Counted from the first letter of the stretch, positions 1 to 10,018 are shown. The stretch is 64,000 nt of DNA from an uncultured Lachnospiraceae bacterium (GCA_964646345.1 CAZYDU010000001.1:112826-176825), one strand, 5' to 3'. A program made the numbers and translations. Notes: generated from the sequence alone by a model not told the origin.

Positions 1-265
1 TATGAGCATCAATACAACCAATGACCTCGTTTGTTTCTTTTAAAACAAGCACCCATTTTAGATTATATTCTTCATTATACTCTGGAATTGCTACATTATT
101 AATGTAAGATTTTGTATCTTCAAGCGACTTATGAGTATTCCAATAAACATACTTTGAAACATTATCGTTTGAACAATAGTTCTTGTACATGTCTTCAGCA
201 TCACTTAGTTCCATTCTTCTCAAAATCAATCTATCCGTTTCAAACATTATCGTTTTGTTTTCCAT
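1..265 (-). CDS. GNAT family N-acetyltransferase (RimJ/RimL-like), 3' part outside the window
   Basis: Manual translation MENKTIMFETDRLILRRMELSDAEDMYKNYCSNDNVSKYVYW...; the ETDRLILR start is typical of RimL-like GNATs; AAGGAG RBS upstream. Confidence 0.8.
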   Translation of the reverse strand, partial: MENKTIMFETDRLILRRMELSDAEDMYKNYCSNDNVSKYVYWNTHKSLEDTKSYINNVAIPEYNEEYNLKWVLVLKETNEVIGCIDAH

Positions 266-436
266 AGATTTCTCCTTTGCACATTACACACAACTTTAAC
301 ACACCCAAATAAAGTTTGTCAAATGTTATACTTTGTCTAAAATTTTTAAGTCGTCATATATTGTTGTTTTTTCTATAATTTTGTTAAAATTAAAAACCAC
401 TCACATAAATCTAAACGAGTCATTTTATCAAATTAT

Positions 437-1516
437 TTACTTTTTATAATAAAGTCCGTCATCACCAACCTTGATTAAATCAAGCATTTCCATTTTTATT
501 AATTCGCTTGATAACTCTGCTGGTTTCATATTTGTTAAATCAGATAGTTCATCAAAAGATTTTTCTCCACTATCCAATGCAAAAAGTATTGCATTATTTT
601 CAAACCCAACCTGCACAGTTTGCTTCTGTGATGTTTTTTTCTTTATCTTTAATCTAGATAAAATCCTATCCGGCGATATTGTGAAAGTGTCCGGCATTTC
701 ATCTATTAAGTTGTTTGTACCTTCACTTTTGCTTGAATAAATATTTCCAGGAACAACAAACAATTCTCTTGATTGCTCGATAGCAAACCTGGCTGTTGCC
801 ATTGTTCCACTTCTTTTTCCCGCTTCAACAATCAAAGTTCCCAAACTCAAGGCCGACACAATTCTATTACGTTGAATAAATGTGTAATTAGCCGGTTTCA
901 TTCCTGGACGAAGTTCTGAAAGAAGCAAACCATTTTTTATAATTTGATTAGCTAAATTTGTATTAGATGCAGGATAAATTGAATCAAGGCCACCAGCCAA
1001 AACTGCTATCGTTTTTCCGCCCACATCTAAAGTTGATTCTGCAACTATTGTATCAATGCCATAAGCCAACCCTGAGATTGTAACAAGCCCCGCCTGAGAT
1101 AATTCTTTGGTAAACCTTTCGCAAACAAGTTTTCCATATTCACTTGGACTTCTTGTGCCAACAATGGAAATAGATTTTTTTGATAGTAAACTCACATCGC
1201 CTTTTGCATATAGCACGAGTGGTGGGTCATCAATAACTTTGAGTTTCTCAGGATAATCTTTTGAAACATATGTTACTACCATAACATCATTTTTATATAA
1301 TTCATCTTCAATTTTTCTTAAAAATTCCGTTTTATCTAAATTTAAAAGTTCTTGTTTTATATGTTCCAAATCTTTTTCAAAAAACGCATTTTCTAGTAAT
1401 TTTTTATCAAAAAGTGCTTCAATTTGGTCAAATTCACGCAAAATTCTTTCAAGTTTAGAAAATGAATAACCATTATAATCAAACCACAAACACACCAATT
1501 CTTGTTCTGTTATCAT
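437..1516 (-). CDS. dprA: DNA-processing protein DprA
   Basis: DPPLVLYAKG, IVGTR, ISGLAYGID, RNRIVSALS and SGTMATA motifs; C-terminal winged helix; follows comM. Confidence 0.95.
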   Translation of the reverse strand: MITEQELVCLWFDYNGYSFSKLERILREFDQIEALFDKKLLENAFFEKDLEHIKQELLNLDKTEFLRKIEDELYKNDVMVVTYVSKDYPEKLKVIDDPPLVLYAKGDVSLLSKKSISIVGTRSPSEYGKLVCERFTKELSQAGLVTISGLAYGIDTIVAESTLDVGGKTIAVLAGGLDSIYPASNTNLANQIIKNGLLLSELRPGMKPANYTFIQRNRIVSALSLGTLIVEAGKRSGTMATARFAIEQSRELFVVPGNIYSSKSEGTNNLIDEMPDTFTISPDRILSRLKIKKKTSQKQTVQVGFENNAILFALDSGEKSFDELSDLTNMKPAELSSELIKMEMLDLIKVGDDGLYYKK

Positions 1517-1524
1517 AACTTCTC

Positions 1525-3051
1525 CTACATTTGAAATTTATCAATATTTCTATAAGCTAAAGCTTCAGTCAAATGATTGATTTGAATATTTTCACTCTCA
1601 TCAAGGTCTGCTATAGTCCTTGCAACTTTCAATATTCTTGTATAACCACGAGCTGAAATATGATATTTTTCAAACGCAATCTTCATCAGATTTTCACTCT
1701 GTTCATCTAATTTGCAATATTCATTTACCATTTTAGACGTCATTTTTGCATTTGTTCGAACAGCTATTCCTGCAAATCTTTGATGTTGAATTTGTCTTGC
1801 TTTGTCAACTCTTTTCTTAATATCTTCACTGGATTCTTCTTGAGATTTTTCAGAAAGTTCGCTAAATTTAACTCTTTCAACATTTATTTTTAAATCTATC
1901 CTATCTAAAAGCGGGCCAGAAATTTTCTTTAAATATTTTTGAATTTGTGATGGCGAACAAGTACACTCAAGTTCTCTTGAACCATAATTTCCACAAGGAC
2001 AAGGATTCATTGAAGCAACTAACATAAAATTCGCAGGGTACTCAAAACTGCCCGTAGCCCTTGAGACAGTTATAATACCATCTTCAAGTGGTTGTCGCAT
2101 GGTTTCTAATGTACTTCTTTGATATTCAGGAAGTTCATCTAAAAATAAAACACCATCACTTGCCAGACTCACTTCCCCCGGTTTTGCATCTCTGCCACCA
2201 CCAGTAATTGCAACGGTTGAAGCGGTGTGATGCGGAGAACGAAATGGTCTTGAACTAATAACACCTTTTTTCAAATCAAGAGTTCCAGCTATTGAATGAA
2301 TTTTTGTAATTTCTAAAGCTTCATCAAAAGTCAAATCCGGCATGATACCTGGAATACATCTGGCAATCATTGTTTTACCTGCCCCTGGCGGTCCAACCAT
2401 TAATATATTATGTCCACCACTAACCGCAATTTCAATAGCACGTTTTGCAATTTTTTGCCCCTTCACTCTTGAGAAATTTTCATATATTTTATTAGATGCT
2501 TCACTTGTCCAAACTCTTTTTGCAACCGATTCAAAAGAAATTGTACCCATTAAAAAAGCAACTGCGTCAACCAAACTTGAAAGAGCATAAACTTCAATGC
2601 CATCAATAAAACTTGCTTCGCTTTCATTTTCTTTTGGTATGATAAATTTTTTATAGCCAAGTTCTCTTGCTGAAATTAAAATTGGCAAAACCCCTTGAAC
2701 CGCTTTAATTTTTCCATCAAGTCCAAGCTCGCCTATAATAACAAAATCTTTTAGTTTTGTTGAAATCAACTGTTTTGTTGAAACAAGTATCGCAAGAGAT
2801 ATTGGTAAATCAAAAAGTGGCCCTGCTTTTTTAACATTTGCAGGTGCTAAATTAACTGTAATCTTATGCACTGGAAAATTGAATCCCGAATTTTTTATTG
2901 CCGAACGCACCCTTTCTTTCGATTCTTTAACAGCAACATCTGGGAGACCCACAATATCATAACTTGGGTTACCTAAATTTGTATCAACTTCAACATCAAT
3001 CTTTAAGCCATTCAATCCAATCAGAGAAAAACTATTAATCTTTGAAAACAT
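1525..3051 (-). CDS. comM: YifB/ComM Mg-chelatase-like AAA+ ATPase
   Basis: IVGLPD..VKESKERV, GPPGAGKT Walker A, RPFRSPHH, LFLDE, MNPCPCG and SGPLLDRID motifs. Confidence 0.93.
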   Translation of the reverse strand: MFSKINSFSLIGLNGLKIDVEVDTNLGNPSYDIVGLPDVAVKESKERVRSAIKNSGFNFPVHKITVNLAPANVKKAGPLFDLPISLAILVSTKQLISTKLKDFVIIGELGLDGKIKAVQGVLPILISARELGYKKFIIPKENESEASFIDGIEVYALSSLVDAVAFLMGTISFESVAKRVWTSEASNKIYENFSRVKGQKIAKRAIEIAVSGGHNILMVGPPGAGKTMIARCIPGIMPDLTFDEALEITKIHSIAGTLDLKKGVISSRPFRSPHHTASTVAITGGGRDAKPGEVSLASDGVLFLDELPEYQRSTLETMRQPLEDGIITVSRATGSFEYPANFMLVASMNPCPCGNYGSRELECTCSPSQIQKYLKKISGPLLDRIDLKINVERVKFSELSEKSQEESSEDIKKRVDKARQIQHQRFAGIAVRTNAKMTSKMVNEYCKLDEQSENLMKIAFEKYHISARGYTRILKVARTIADLDESENIQINHLTEALAYRNIDKFQM

Positions 3052-3118
3052 AAACTACCTCTAGTAACATAATAACACAAAAATATTAATTTGCAAAACA
3101 AAGAGATATTTATGCTCA

Positions 3119-3146
3119 AAAAAAGAGATACAAAATTGTATCTCTT
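3119..3146 (-). terminator. Intrinsic terminator downstream of rplS
   Basis: AAAGAGATACA-AAAT-TGTATCTCTTT hairpin followed by a U-tract on the minus strand. Confidence 0.75.
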
Positions 3147-3159
3147 TAACATTTTCAAA

Positions 3160-3501
3160 TTATCTTGCTTCTTTAATTCTTGAGTTCTTAGCGGTTTTAC
3201 CTTTAAGATAATAAAGTTTAGCACGTCTAACAACACCATGACGAACAACTTCGATATGGTCAATCTTTGGTGAATGAAGTGGGAATGTTCTTTCAACGCC
3301 AATACCAAAAGAAATACGGCGAACAGTGAAAGTTTCTCTAACACCACCATTTTTACGAGCTATAACAACACCTTCAAAAGCTTGCAATCTTTCACGTGTA
3401 CCTTCAACGACTTTAACAAAAACGTTAACAGTATCACCAACTTGGAATGCAGGAATATCAGTGCGCATACCTTCTTTTTCAAGTGAATCAATAATATTCA
3501 T
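3160..3501 (-). CDS. rplS: 50S ribosomal protein L19
   Basis: [34 protein letters not shown] and RRAKLYYL motifs. Confidence 0.98.
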   Translation of the reverse strand: MNIIDSLEKEGMRTDIPAFQVGDTVNVFVKVVEGTRERLQAFEGVVIARKNGGVRETFTVRRISFGIGVERTFPLHSPKIDHIEVVRHGVVRRAKLYYLKGKTAKNSRIKEAR

Positions 3502-3527
3502 TAGGTTCTCCTCCTTGTTTTAGTATG

Positions 3528-3578
3528 TTTACGAGTGTTCGTGCTAGCTCGGAACAAGTGCAGAGGACCACTCACAAT
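3528..3578 (-). promoter_or_regulatory. L19 leader-like cis-regulatory RNA
   Basis: Minus-strand GTGAGTGGTCCTCTG...CACGAACACTCGT stem in the rplS 5' UTR, resembling the Firmicutes L19 leader; TTGATT/TATACT-like promoter just upstream. Confidence 0.6.
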
Positions 3579-3689
3579 TAACGTATAAAGTATATCATTT
3601 AAATAACTCAAAATCAAGTATTTTTGACAAAAAAATATTTTTTCTGCAAAATAACCACTATTAATAAATATTTGGTTATATTTAAATAA

Positions 3690-4142
3690 CTAAAAAGCGT
3701 TTTCAATATATGTTACAACTCCACTATCCACACTAGCCACATCAAATCTAAATTGATATTTTGAAAGAAGTTTATCTTGTTGCAAGAATCTTGCACCACG
3801 CATAATATTGTTCTTCTTATAATCTGAAATTGCTTCAAGTCCCATTCCAAACTTATTATTTTCACGAGCTTTCACTTCGGTTATAACAACCAAATCCTGA
3901 ATGGTCTTAATATAATTTTTTAAACTATTTTTGTAAAGTTTTCTATATTTTTTATCTTGCTTAATTTTCTTTTTATATTCTAGTTTTATCTTTTTTATTT
4001 GTTCTGCTTTTGGTAGCAATGCCACAATGTCAAGTTCAACACCAACACAAAAAAAATTGGTGTACAAAATTTTATAGCCATGTTTTTTCATGTACTGCTG
4101 AGCTAACTTTTCTCCACTTTTCCATGTTTCTTCTTTAAACAT
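3690..4142 (-). CDS. YraN family (UPF0102) putative endonuclease with a Lys-rich insertion
   Basis: GEKLA..Y...GYKIL..N, ELDIVA, EVKAR, RFDVA and YIENAF motifs; follows rnhB. Confidence 0.85.
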   Translation of the reverse strand: MFKEETWKSGEKLAQQYMKKHGYKILYTNFFCVGVELDIVALLPKAEQIKKIKLEYKKKIKQDKKYRKLYKNSLKNYIKTIQDLVVITEVKARENNKFGMGLEAISDYKKNNIMRGARFLQQDKLLSKYQFRFDVASVDSGVVTYIENAF

Positions 4143-4763
4143 TTATTCTCCTAAAAATTTCAAAAATGACAATCTATGATACACACAAGGTCCATAAGTT
4201 TTAAGTGCTTCTATATGTTGTTTTGTTCCATAACCTTTATGTTTGTCAAAACCATACTCTGGGTATTCTTTTACTAAGTCACACATGAGTCTATCTCTCG
4301 TAACTTTTGCCAAAATACTTGCACAACCAATCGAATATGATAACGCATCGCCTTTAACTATCCCTTTTATAGGAACATCGACATCAAGTTTATTTATTGC
4401 ATCAACCAAAACAATATCAGGTTTAACAGACATTGATTCAATGGCATTTTTCATTGCTAGTTTCGTTGCTTCCAAAATGTTAATTTTATCTATAGTTTGT
4501 TCGTCAATCATTTGAACTGAATAACAAATTGCTTTTTCTTTTATTAGTTCAAATAACATTTCACGTTTTTTTTCTGATAATTTTTTACTATCATCAATAC
4601 CATCAATTAAATCATCAAGAGGCATCATTACACAAGCTACACAAACAGGTCCAGCAAGTGGTCCTCTGCCAACTTCATCAACACCAGCAATCAAAAAATG
4701 ACCTTTTTCTTGTTCCTGTTTTTCAAAAAGGAGTTTATCAATCTCTTGTATTTCTTTCTTCAT
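4143..4763 (-). CDS. rnhB: Ribonuclease HII
   Basis: AGVDEVGRGPLAGPV, DSKKL, ASILAKVTRD and KHKGYGT motifs. Confidence 0.97.
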   Translation of the reverse strand: MKKEIQEIDKLLFEKQEQEKGHFLIAGVDEVGRGPLAGPVCVACVMMPLDDLIDGIDDSKKLSEKKREMLFELIKEKAICYSVQMIDEQTIDKINILEATKLAMKNAIESMSVKPDIVLVDAINKLDVDVPIKGIVKGDALSYSIGCASILAKVTRDRLMCDLVKEYPEYGFDKHKGYGTKQHIEALKTYGPCVYHRLSFLKFLGE

Positions 4764-4768
4764 TAAAG

Positions 4769-5605
4769 TTACTCCAAAGTAATTTTACCAAATTTTCCGT
4801 TTCTAAATTCATCAACAAAAGTCTTTCCAGCTCTGTCATAGTCTACTTCATTTCCTTTACAAATAAACCCACGTTTAACGCAAATTTGGTCAATAAATTC
4901 CAAAAATTCATCATTTTGTGGCAAAATACCAAACTTTTCTAAAATTAAATTAGGGTATCTATTACACAAAACCTGCATTAATTCATAACCCATATCAGCC
5001 ATATCAAACTCTTTATCTGACAAAGAACCAATAAATGCTAGATTATGAGATAATTCTTCATGAAATCTTGGCCAAAGAATACCTGGAGTATCCAGCATTG
5101 TAAACATATCATCAATTTTTAGCCAAGTATTTGCTTTTGTAACCCCAGCAATATTTCCTGTTGTTGCTTTTTTAGAACCACAAAGCATATTTATAAGCGA
5201 ACTTTTGCCAGTATTTGGCACACCCAAAACAATCACTTTATACACGATATTTATGTTTTTTTGCTTATTTCGAGCTATTTTTTCACTCAAAACAAGCTTA
5301 ATTGCGTTTTTTACAGAATTTCTAAATGAAGCAGAATTTGCCACAGTTTCAATAACAACTTTACCTTCATTTGTGAAATGTTTCTTAATTTCCTTTGTTC
5401 TTTCAGGGTCAGCCAAATCACATTTATTTAATACATAAATAATTGGCTTATTATGCACAATTTTATCCACATATGGATTAATGCATGAAAAAGGAGCTCT
5501 TGCATCAACCACATATAAAATGCAATCCGCTAAGCCAATTCTTCTTTCTTCAATATCTTCCATAGCAGTTTTCATATGCCCTGGAAACCATTTTGAATCT
5601 TTCAT
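4769..5605 (-). CDS. rbgA: Ribosome biogenesis GTPase RbgA/YlqF
   Basis: WFPGHM start; circularly permuted GTPase motifs NKCDL, GVPNTGKSS and DTPG. Confidence 0.95.
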   Translation of the reverse strand: MKDSKWFPGHMKTAMEDIEERRIGLADCILYVVDARAPFSCINPYVDKIVHNKPIIYVLNKCDLADPERTKEIKKHFTNEGKVVIETVANSASFRNSVKNAIKLVLSEKIARNKQKNINIVYKVIVLGVPNTGKSSLINMLCGSKKATTGNIAGVTKANTWLKIDDMFTMLDTPGILWPRFHEELSHNLAFIGSLSDKEFDMADMGYELMQVLCNRYPNLILEKFGILPQNDEFLEFIDQICVKRGFICKGNEVDYDRAGKTFVDEFRNGKFGKITLE

Positions 5606-6069
5606 AATTTTTCCTTTATCTTTTCTATTTTATATTCTATTAAATTGAAGTCGTCATCAAACTTAAATTTACACTCAAGTTTTTCGCCAGCAAGCACTCT
5701 ATTAATCCAAAGTTTGTCATCTGAAAACATTTTTTCATAAGGCAAATTACTTATATCAAACCACATCGGTTTCATTTCATCACTTTCCATTGGCTCGCCA
5801 GTCCACTTATCAGACACAAACACATGACATGGATAATTTTCTCTTGAATCTTTATAAATTGTATCAAACCAAATAACCGCTCTTTTTTCTGGGTTAATTA
5901 AATCAATACCAAGTTCTTCTTTAATTTCTCTAATAACCGCCTGTTCTGGTGTTTCATTTGACTCAAGCTTACCGCCTGCACTATTGATTTTTCCCTTACC
6001 AAAACCACGTTTCTTTTCAGCTAGCAAAATCTTATCGCCTTTATAAATTAAGCAAAGTGTAGTTTCCAT
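5602..6069 (-). CDS. NUDIX hydrolase, 8-oxo-dGTP diphosphatase (MTH1-like)
   Basis: KKRGFGKG..N..GGK, Nudix box REIKEELG, ESDEMKPMWF. Confidence 0.88.
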   Translation of the reverse strand: METTLCLIYKGDKILLAEKKRGFGKGKINSAGGKLESNETPEQAVIREIKEELGIDLINPEKRAVIWFDTIYKDSRENYPCHVFVSDKWTGEPMESDEMKPMWFDISNLPYEKMFSDDKLWINRVLAGEKLECKFKFDDDFNLIEYKIEKIKEKL

Positions 6070-6091
6070 CTTCTACTCCAAAGTTATATTT

Positions 6092-6781
6092 TTATAATTT
6101 GTCTTCATCTTCGTTCATTATATCAGGTCGTCTTTCTCTCGTTAATTTTACCGCTTGTTTTTTTCGCCATTCATCAACTTTTTTATGGTCGCCAGAGACC
6201 AAAACTTCAGGAACTTCCAAACCCATAAAAACTCTAGGTTTTGTGTATTGCGGATACTCTAATAGTCCATTTTCAAAACTCTCAATTTCGGCAGATTCTC
6301 CAGAATGTAAAACACCTTCCAAAAGTCTAGAAACACTATCAACAATAACCATTGCAGGGAGTTCGCCACCAGTCAAAACATAGTCGCCGATTGAAATTAC
6401 TTCATCAATCAATAAATCAATTATTCTTTGGTCGACACCTTCATAATGCCCACATAAAATAATTATATGTTCATAACTTTCTGCTAAATTTTTAGACATT
6501 TTTTGATTAAACGTTTCGCCCTTGGGACTTACATAAATCTTGTGAGCTTTTTCATAATTTGAAATAGAGCAAAATGCATCGAAAATAGGTTGAGCCATCA
6601 TAAGCATTCCCGGTCCACCACCAAAAGTGTAATCATCACATTTTTTGTGTTTATCTTTTGAAAAATCTCGAATATTAATCACATTGATTTCAAGCTTATT
6701 ATCTTTTGTAGCCCTACCCATAATACTTGAAAAAAGTGGTGTAAACATTTCAGGAAATAACGTCAAAATATCAATTCTCAT
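6092..6781 (-). CDS. trmD: tRNA (guanine37-N1)-methyltransferase
   Basis: ILTLFPEMF, GGGPGM, CGHYEGVDQR, SIGDYVLTGGE and LLEYPQYT motifs. Confidence 0.97.
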   Translation of the reverse strand: MRIDILTLFPEMFTPLFSSIMGRATKDNKLEINVINIRDFSKDKHKKCDDYTFGGGPGMLMMAQPIFDAFCSISNYEKAHKIYVSPKGETFNQKMSKNLAESYEHIIILCGHYEGVDQRIIDLLIDEVISIGDYVLTGGELPAMVIVDSVSRLLEGVLHSGESAEIESFENGLLEYPQYTKPRVFMGLEVPEVLVSGDHKKVDEWRKKQAVKLTRERRPDIMNEDEDKL

Positions 6782-7268
6782 AGTCACAAACTTCCATGAA
6801 TTTTTCTTTATTTATCACAAGTTTTTTCTGTTTATAGTCAAATGACACAATCACACCTTTAACATTTGGAAACATAATTTCATTTCCTTTTGATGTGTTA
6901 ACGAAAAATACTTCAGCAGTTCCATAATCTTCTACATCAGTTATTTCGCCAACAAGTTCATCATTTTCAAAATGCACTTTAGAACCTTTCAAGTCTTCAA
7001 TTAAAATTTTATCTTTCACGATTTCACGATCAATGTACATCATTTTATTTATCATTGTTTTTGCTTTCTCAAGGTCAACACCATCGAATCCAATATAAAA
7101 TCCATCGGTATTTTTTAGTAATCTTTTAATAACAAACTCATTATCATTTTCATCATACATCTTCGCAATTTTCTTTAAATCTAAGTCATCATCGTACTTT
7201 GCATTCATTTTAAATTCTCCACGAAATCCGTGAAGTTTTACAAGTTTTCCAAGACAAATTTTTTCCAT
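6771..7268 (-). CDS. rimM: Ribosome maturation factor RimM
   Basis: GKLVKLHGFRGE N-terminus; C-terminal PRC barrel; precedes trmD. Confidence 0.9.
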   Translation of the reverse strand: MEKICLGKLVKLHGFRGEFKMNAKYDDDLDLKKIAKMYDENDNEFVIKRLLKNTDGFYIGFDGVDLEKAKTMINKMMYIDREIVKDKILIEDLKGSKVHFENDELVGEITDVEDYGTAEVFFVNTSKGNEIMFPNVKGVIVSFDYKQKKLVINKEKFMEVCDYEN

Positions 7269-7834
7269 TAAATTTCTCCTTTACTTAAATTTATATCAAC
7301 GTTTCTATGCTTTATTAATCCAACAATACCACAAACTATCATTACAGTTTCTAAAATCACACCAAATATACTTCGCAAGAATATGTTGTAAATTATCCAT
7401 GCAAGACTTGAACAAATCCCTAAAACTTTATACCACTTGCCTTTTTCATTCCAAATAGCAATCGTGTAAATAATTGTTGCAATATATGGGAAAATTTCGA
7501 AAATCCTTCCAAAAGAAAATATACCTGTATTAACAATCAGACATAACACAAAATCAAATGAAACAAGCCCTAAAATAAAAATCAAAGCAGATAATTTATG
7601 CTTTTTTGTATTAGTAGTAAATCTAGCAACCAAATAAAATACAAGATTTCTAAAAAGCGATATTGTACTCATCATTACCCCAGCCCAAGCTGACAAGAAT
7701 ATGTATGAAATTGTAAAACATAGCGTTGATAAAGCATTTAAAATCAATATGGCATTTTTTCGTTTTGTGAGATATGTTACACCTAAAAAACCATAGGCAA
7801 AAATAACAATTATCTGTGAAATAATATAAGACAT
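7268..7834 (-). CDS. YgjV-like inner membrane protein
   Basis: Multi-TM hydrophobic protein with ISQII, AWAG...ISLFRN and WIIYNIF..SIFG..LE patterns. Confidence 0.65.
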   Translation of the reverse strand: MSYIISQIIVIFAYGFLGVTYLTKRKNAILILNALSTLCFTISYIFLSAWAGVMMSTISLFRNLVFYLVARFTTNTKKHKLSALIFILGLVSFDFVLCLIVNTGIFSFGRIFEIFPYIATIIYTIAIWNEKGKWYKVLGICSSLAWIIYNIFLRSIFGVILETVMIVCGIVGLIKHRNVDINLSKGEI

Positions 7835-7892
7835 CTCCAGTCCAACTCCTATATCGTATAGTTTAACACAATTATTATTTTATCACAACAAA

Positions 7893-7919
7893 AATCTCCT
7901 TGGGTAACCCAAGAAGATT
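7893..7919 (-). terminator. Intrinsic terminator after aspS
   Basis: AATCT-C-CTTGGG-TAA-CCCAAG-A-AGATT hairpin with an adjacent A-tract on the plus strand. Confidence 0.65.
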
Positions 7920-7925
7920 AATTTT

Positions 7926-9659
7926 TTATTCATCTAAGAGCTTAATGTGAACATCTTTTAAAAGTTTTTCATCAACCGTATTTGGTGCATTGCAAAGTGG
8001 GTCTTGAGCATTTTTATTCATTGGGAATGCATAAACATCACGAATAAAATCATTATGAGTTAATAACATCATAAGTCTATCAAATCCAAGTGCTGAACCA
8101 GCGTGTGGTGGTGCACCATAAGAAAATGCATTATAAAGTGCTGGGAATTTACTTACAACAACTTCCTTATCATAACCTGCAAGATTAAATAGTTCTACCA
8201 TCATATCTTGCGAGTGGTTACGAACTGCACCCGACAAGCTTTCATAGCCATTGATTACCAAGTCGTACTGATAAGCCAAAGCTTCAAATGGAGCTTTCTT
8301 AATTTCTTCCAAAGTGCCTTGTGGCATTGAGAAAGGATTGTGCGAAAACGCAATATTGCCATCATCGTCTTTTTCATAGAATGGAAAATCCACAATCCAG
8401 CAGAATTTATAGTCATTTTCATCAATAAGTTCTAGTTCTTTTCCAAGCTCGTTGCGAAGAACATTTGCAAATTTAATTGCTTTTTCTTTTTCATCAGCAA
8501 TAAAGAATAATGTATCCCCACTAGCAAAGCCAGTAAGTTCTTTCAATGCTTTCTTCTCGTCATCGGTTATATATTTACTAACACCACCTGAAAGCTCATC
8601 ATTATCGCCAACAACAAAGTATGCAAGTCCCTTTGCTTCTCTAGATTTCAAGAACTCGGTGAGCTTGTCATACCACTTTCTACCCTTTCCGTTGGTTGTT
8701 GCTTTAATGCACTTGATTGTTACATTTTTAAATACACTAAACTCAGTGTTTTTGAAAATATCAGTTACATCTTTAACAATTAATGGGTTTCTTAAATCAG
8801 GTTTGTCTGAACAATAATCACGGATAGCATCAGCATACTTAATTCTTCTAAATTCAGAAATTTCAAAGTTTGCAAACTGTTTCCAAATAGCTTTGCACAA
8901 GCCTTCAACTATTTTAAATACATCTTCTTGTGTTGCGAAAGCCATTTCCATATCAATTTGATAAAACTCAGTTGGACTTCTATCAGCTCTGGCATCTTCA
9001 TCTCTAAAACATGGTGCAATTTGAAAATATCTATCAACACCTGAAACCATCAAAAGTTGTTTAAATTGTTGTGGTGCTTGTGGTAAAGCATAAAATTTTC
9101 CAGGGTTAAGACGACTTGGAACTAGGAAATCTCTTGCACCTTCTGGGCTTGATGCTGTCAAGATTGGTGTTTGAACTTCTGTAAAATTCTCGTTATGCAT
9201 GTAAGTTCTTACAAACTGCATTAAATTACTACGTAGTTTCAACATCTTTTGGTTATATTCCGCACGAAGGTCAAGGTAACGATATTTAAGCCTTATGAAT
9301 TCTTCTACATTTTCGCTATTTTTAATCTCAAATGGGAGTTGTTCGGTGCATTTTCCAAGCATTGTTACACTTTCAGCGACTACTTCCACTTCGCCCGTTG
9401 GCATATTTGGGTTTTTGCTTTCACGTTCAACAACCTTTCCTTCAACAGAGATTACATCTTCTTTATTAAGTGAAATAAACTCTTTATTTAAAACAATTTG
9501 AGTTTTTCCATAACTATCACGAAGAACAATAAAAGTAAGCTCGCCAAGTTTTCTAATTGTATCAACCCAACCTGCAAGTTTAACAGTTTTGCCAGCATCT
9601 GAAATTCTCAAACTTCCATTATCTATAGTTCTATATTTGTTTACAGCAATTTTTTCCAT
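7926..9659 (-). CDS. aspS: Aspartate--tRNA ligase
   Basis: OB-fold N-terminus; SSPEGARDFLVPSR, FQIAPCFRDED, GAD insert, GAPPHAG.ALGFDRL. Confidence 0.96.
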   Translation of the reverse strand: MEKIAVNKYRTIDNGSLRISDAGKTVKLAGWVDTIRKLGELTFIVLRDSYGKTQIVLNKEFISLNKEDVISVEGKVVERESKNPNMPTGEVEVVAESVTMLGKCTEQLPFEIKNSENVEEFIRLKYRYLDLRAEYNQKMLKLRSNLMQFVRTYMHNENFTEVQTPILTASSPEGARDFLVPSRLNPGKFYALPQAPQQFKQLLMVSGVDRYFQIAPCFRDEDARADRSPTEFYQIDMEMAFATQEDVFKIVEGLCKAIWKQFANFEISEFRRIKYADAIRDYCSDKPDLRNPLIVKDVTDIFKNTEFSVFKNVTIKCIKATTNGKGRKWYDKLTEFLKSREAKGLAYFVVGDNDELSGGVSKYITDDEKKALKELTGFASGDTLFFIADEKEKAIKFANVLRNELGKELELIDENDYKFCWIVDFPFYEKDDDGNIAFSHNPFSMPQGTLEEIKKAPFEALAYQYDLVINGYESLSGAVRNHSQDMMVELFNLAGYDKEVVVSKFPALYNAFSYGAPPHAGSALGFDRLMMLLTHNDFIRDVYAFPMNKNAQDPLCNAPNTVDEKLLKDVHIKLLDE

Positions 9660-9745
9660 ACACGTATGTCCTTTACATAAATTTACATGATAATAATAGC
9701 ATAATTAAGTAAAATTATCAATGTTTTAAAATAAAAAGACAAGAA

Positions 9746-9775
9746 AAAATCACAGGACAATCCTGTGAAATTTTT
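9746..9775 (-). terminator. Intrinsic terminator after khpA
   Basis: TCACAGGA-CAA-TCCTGTGA hairpin flanked by A/T tracts. Confidence 0.7.
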
Positions 9776-10004
9776 ATTTTTCGAAACGCACGAATACGTG
9801 TTTGTTGTTTTTCTTGGCTGAAGTTCTAACAACTGTTCTGATTGCAGTTGCAACTTTTCCACTTCTGCCAATAATCTTGCCAAAATCTTCGCCATCAACT
9901 TTAACGATGTATACAGTTTCTCTGTCGTGGTCTTCTTCACGAATTTCAACTGCGTCTGGATTTGATACAAGATTTTTAATGATAAATTCAACTAATTCTC
10001 TCAT
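9774..10004 (-). CDS. khpA: KH-domain RNA-binding protein KhpA
   Basis: DFGKIIGRSGKVATAIRTVV KH motif; follows rpsP. Confidence 0.92.
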   Translation of the reverse strand: MRELVEFIIKNLVSNPDAVEIREEDHDRETVYIVKVDGEDFGKIIGRSGKVATAIRTVVRTSAKKNNKHVFVRFEK

Positions 10005-10018
10005 AAGCACCACCGAAA

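Noticed and set aside
9660-9745. T-box riboswitch upstream of aspS
   Set aside because: The leader is too short and has no T-box consensus or terminator/antiterminator
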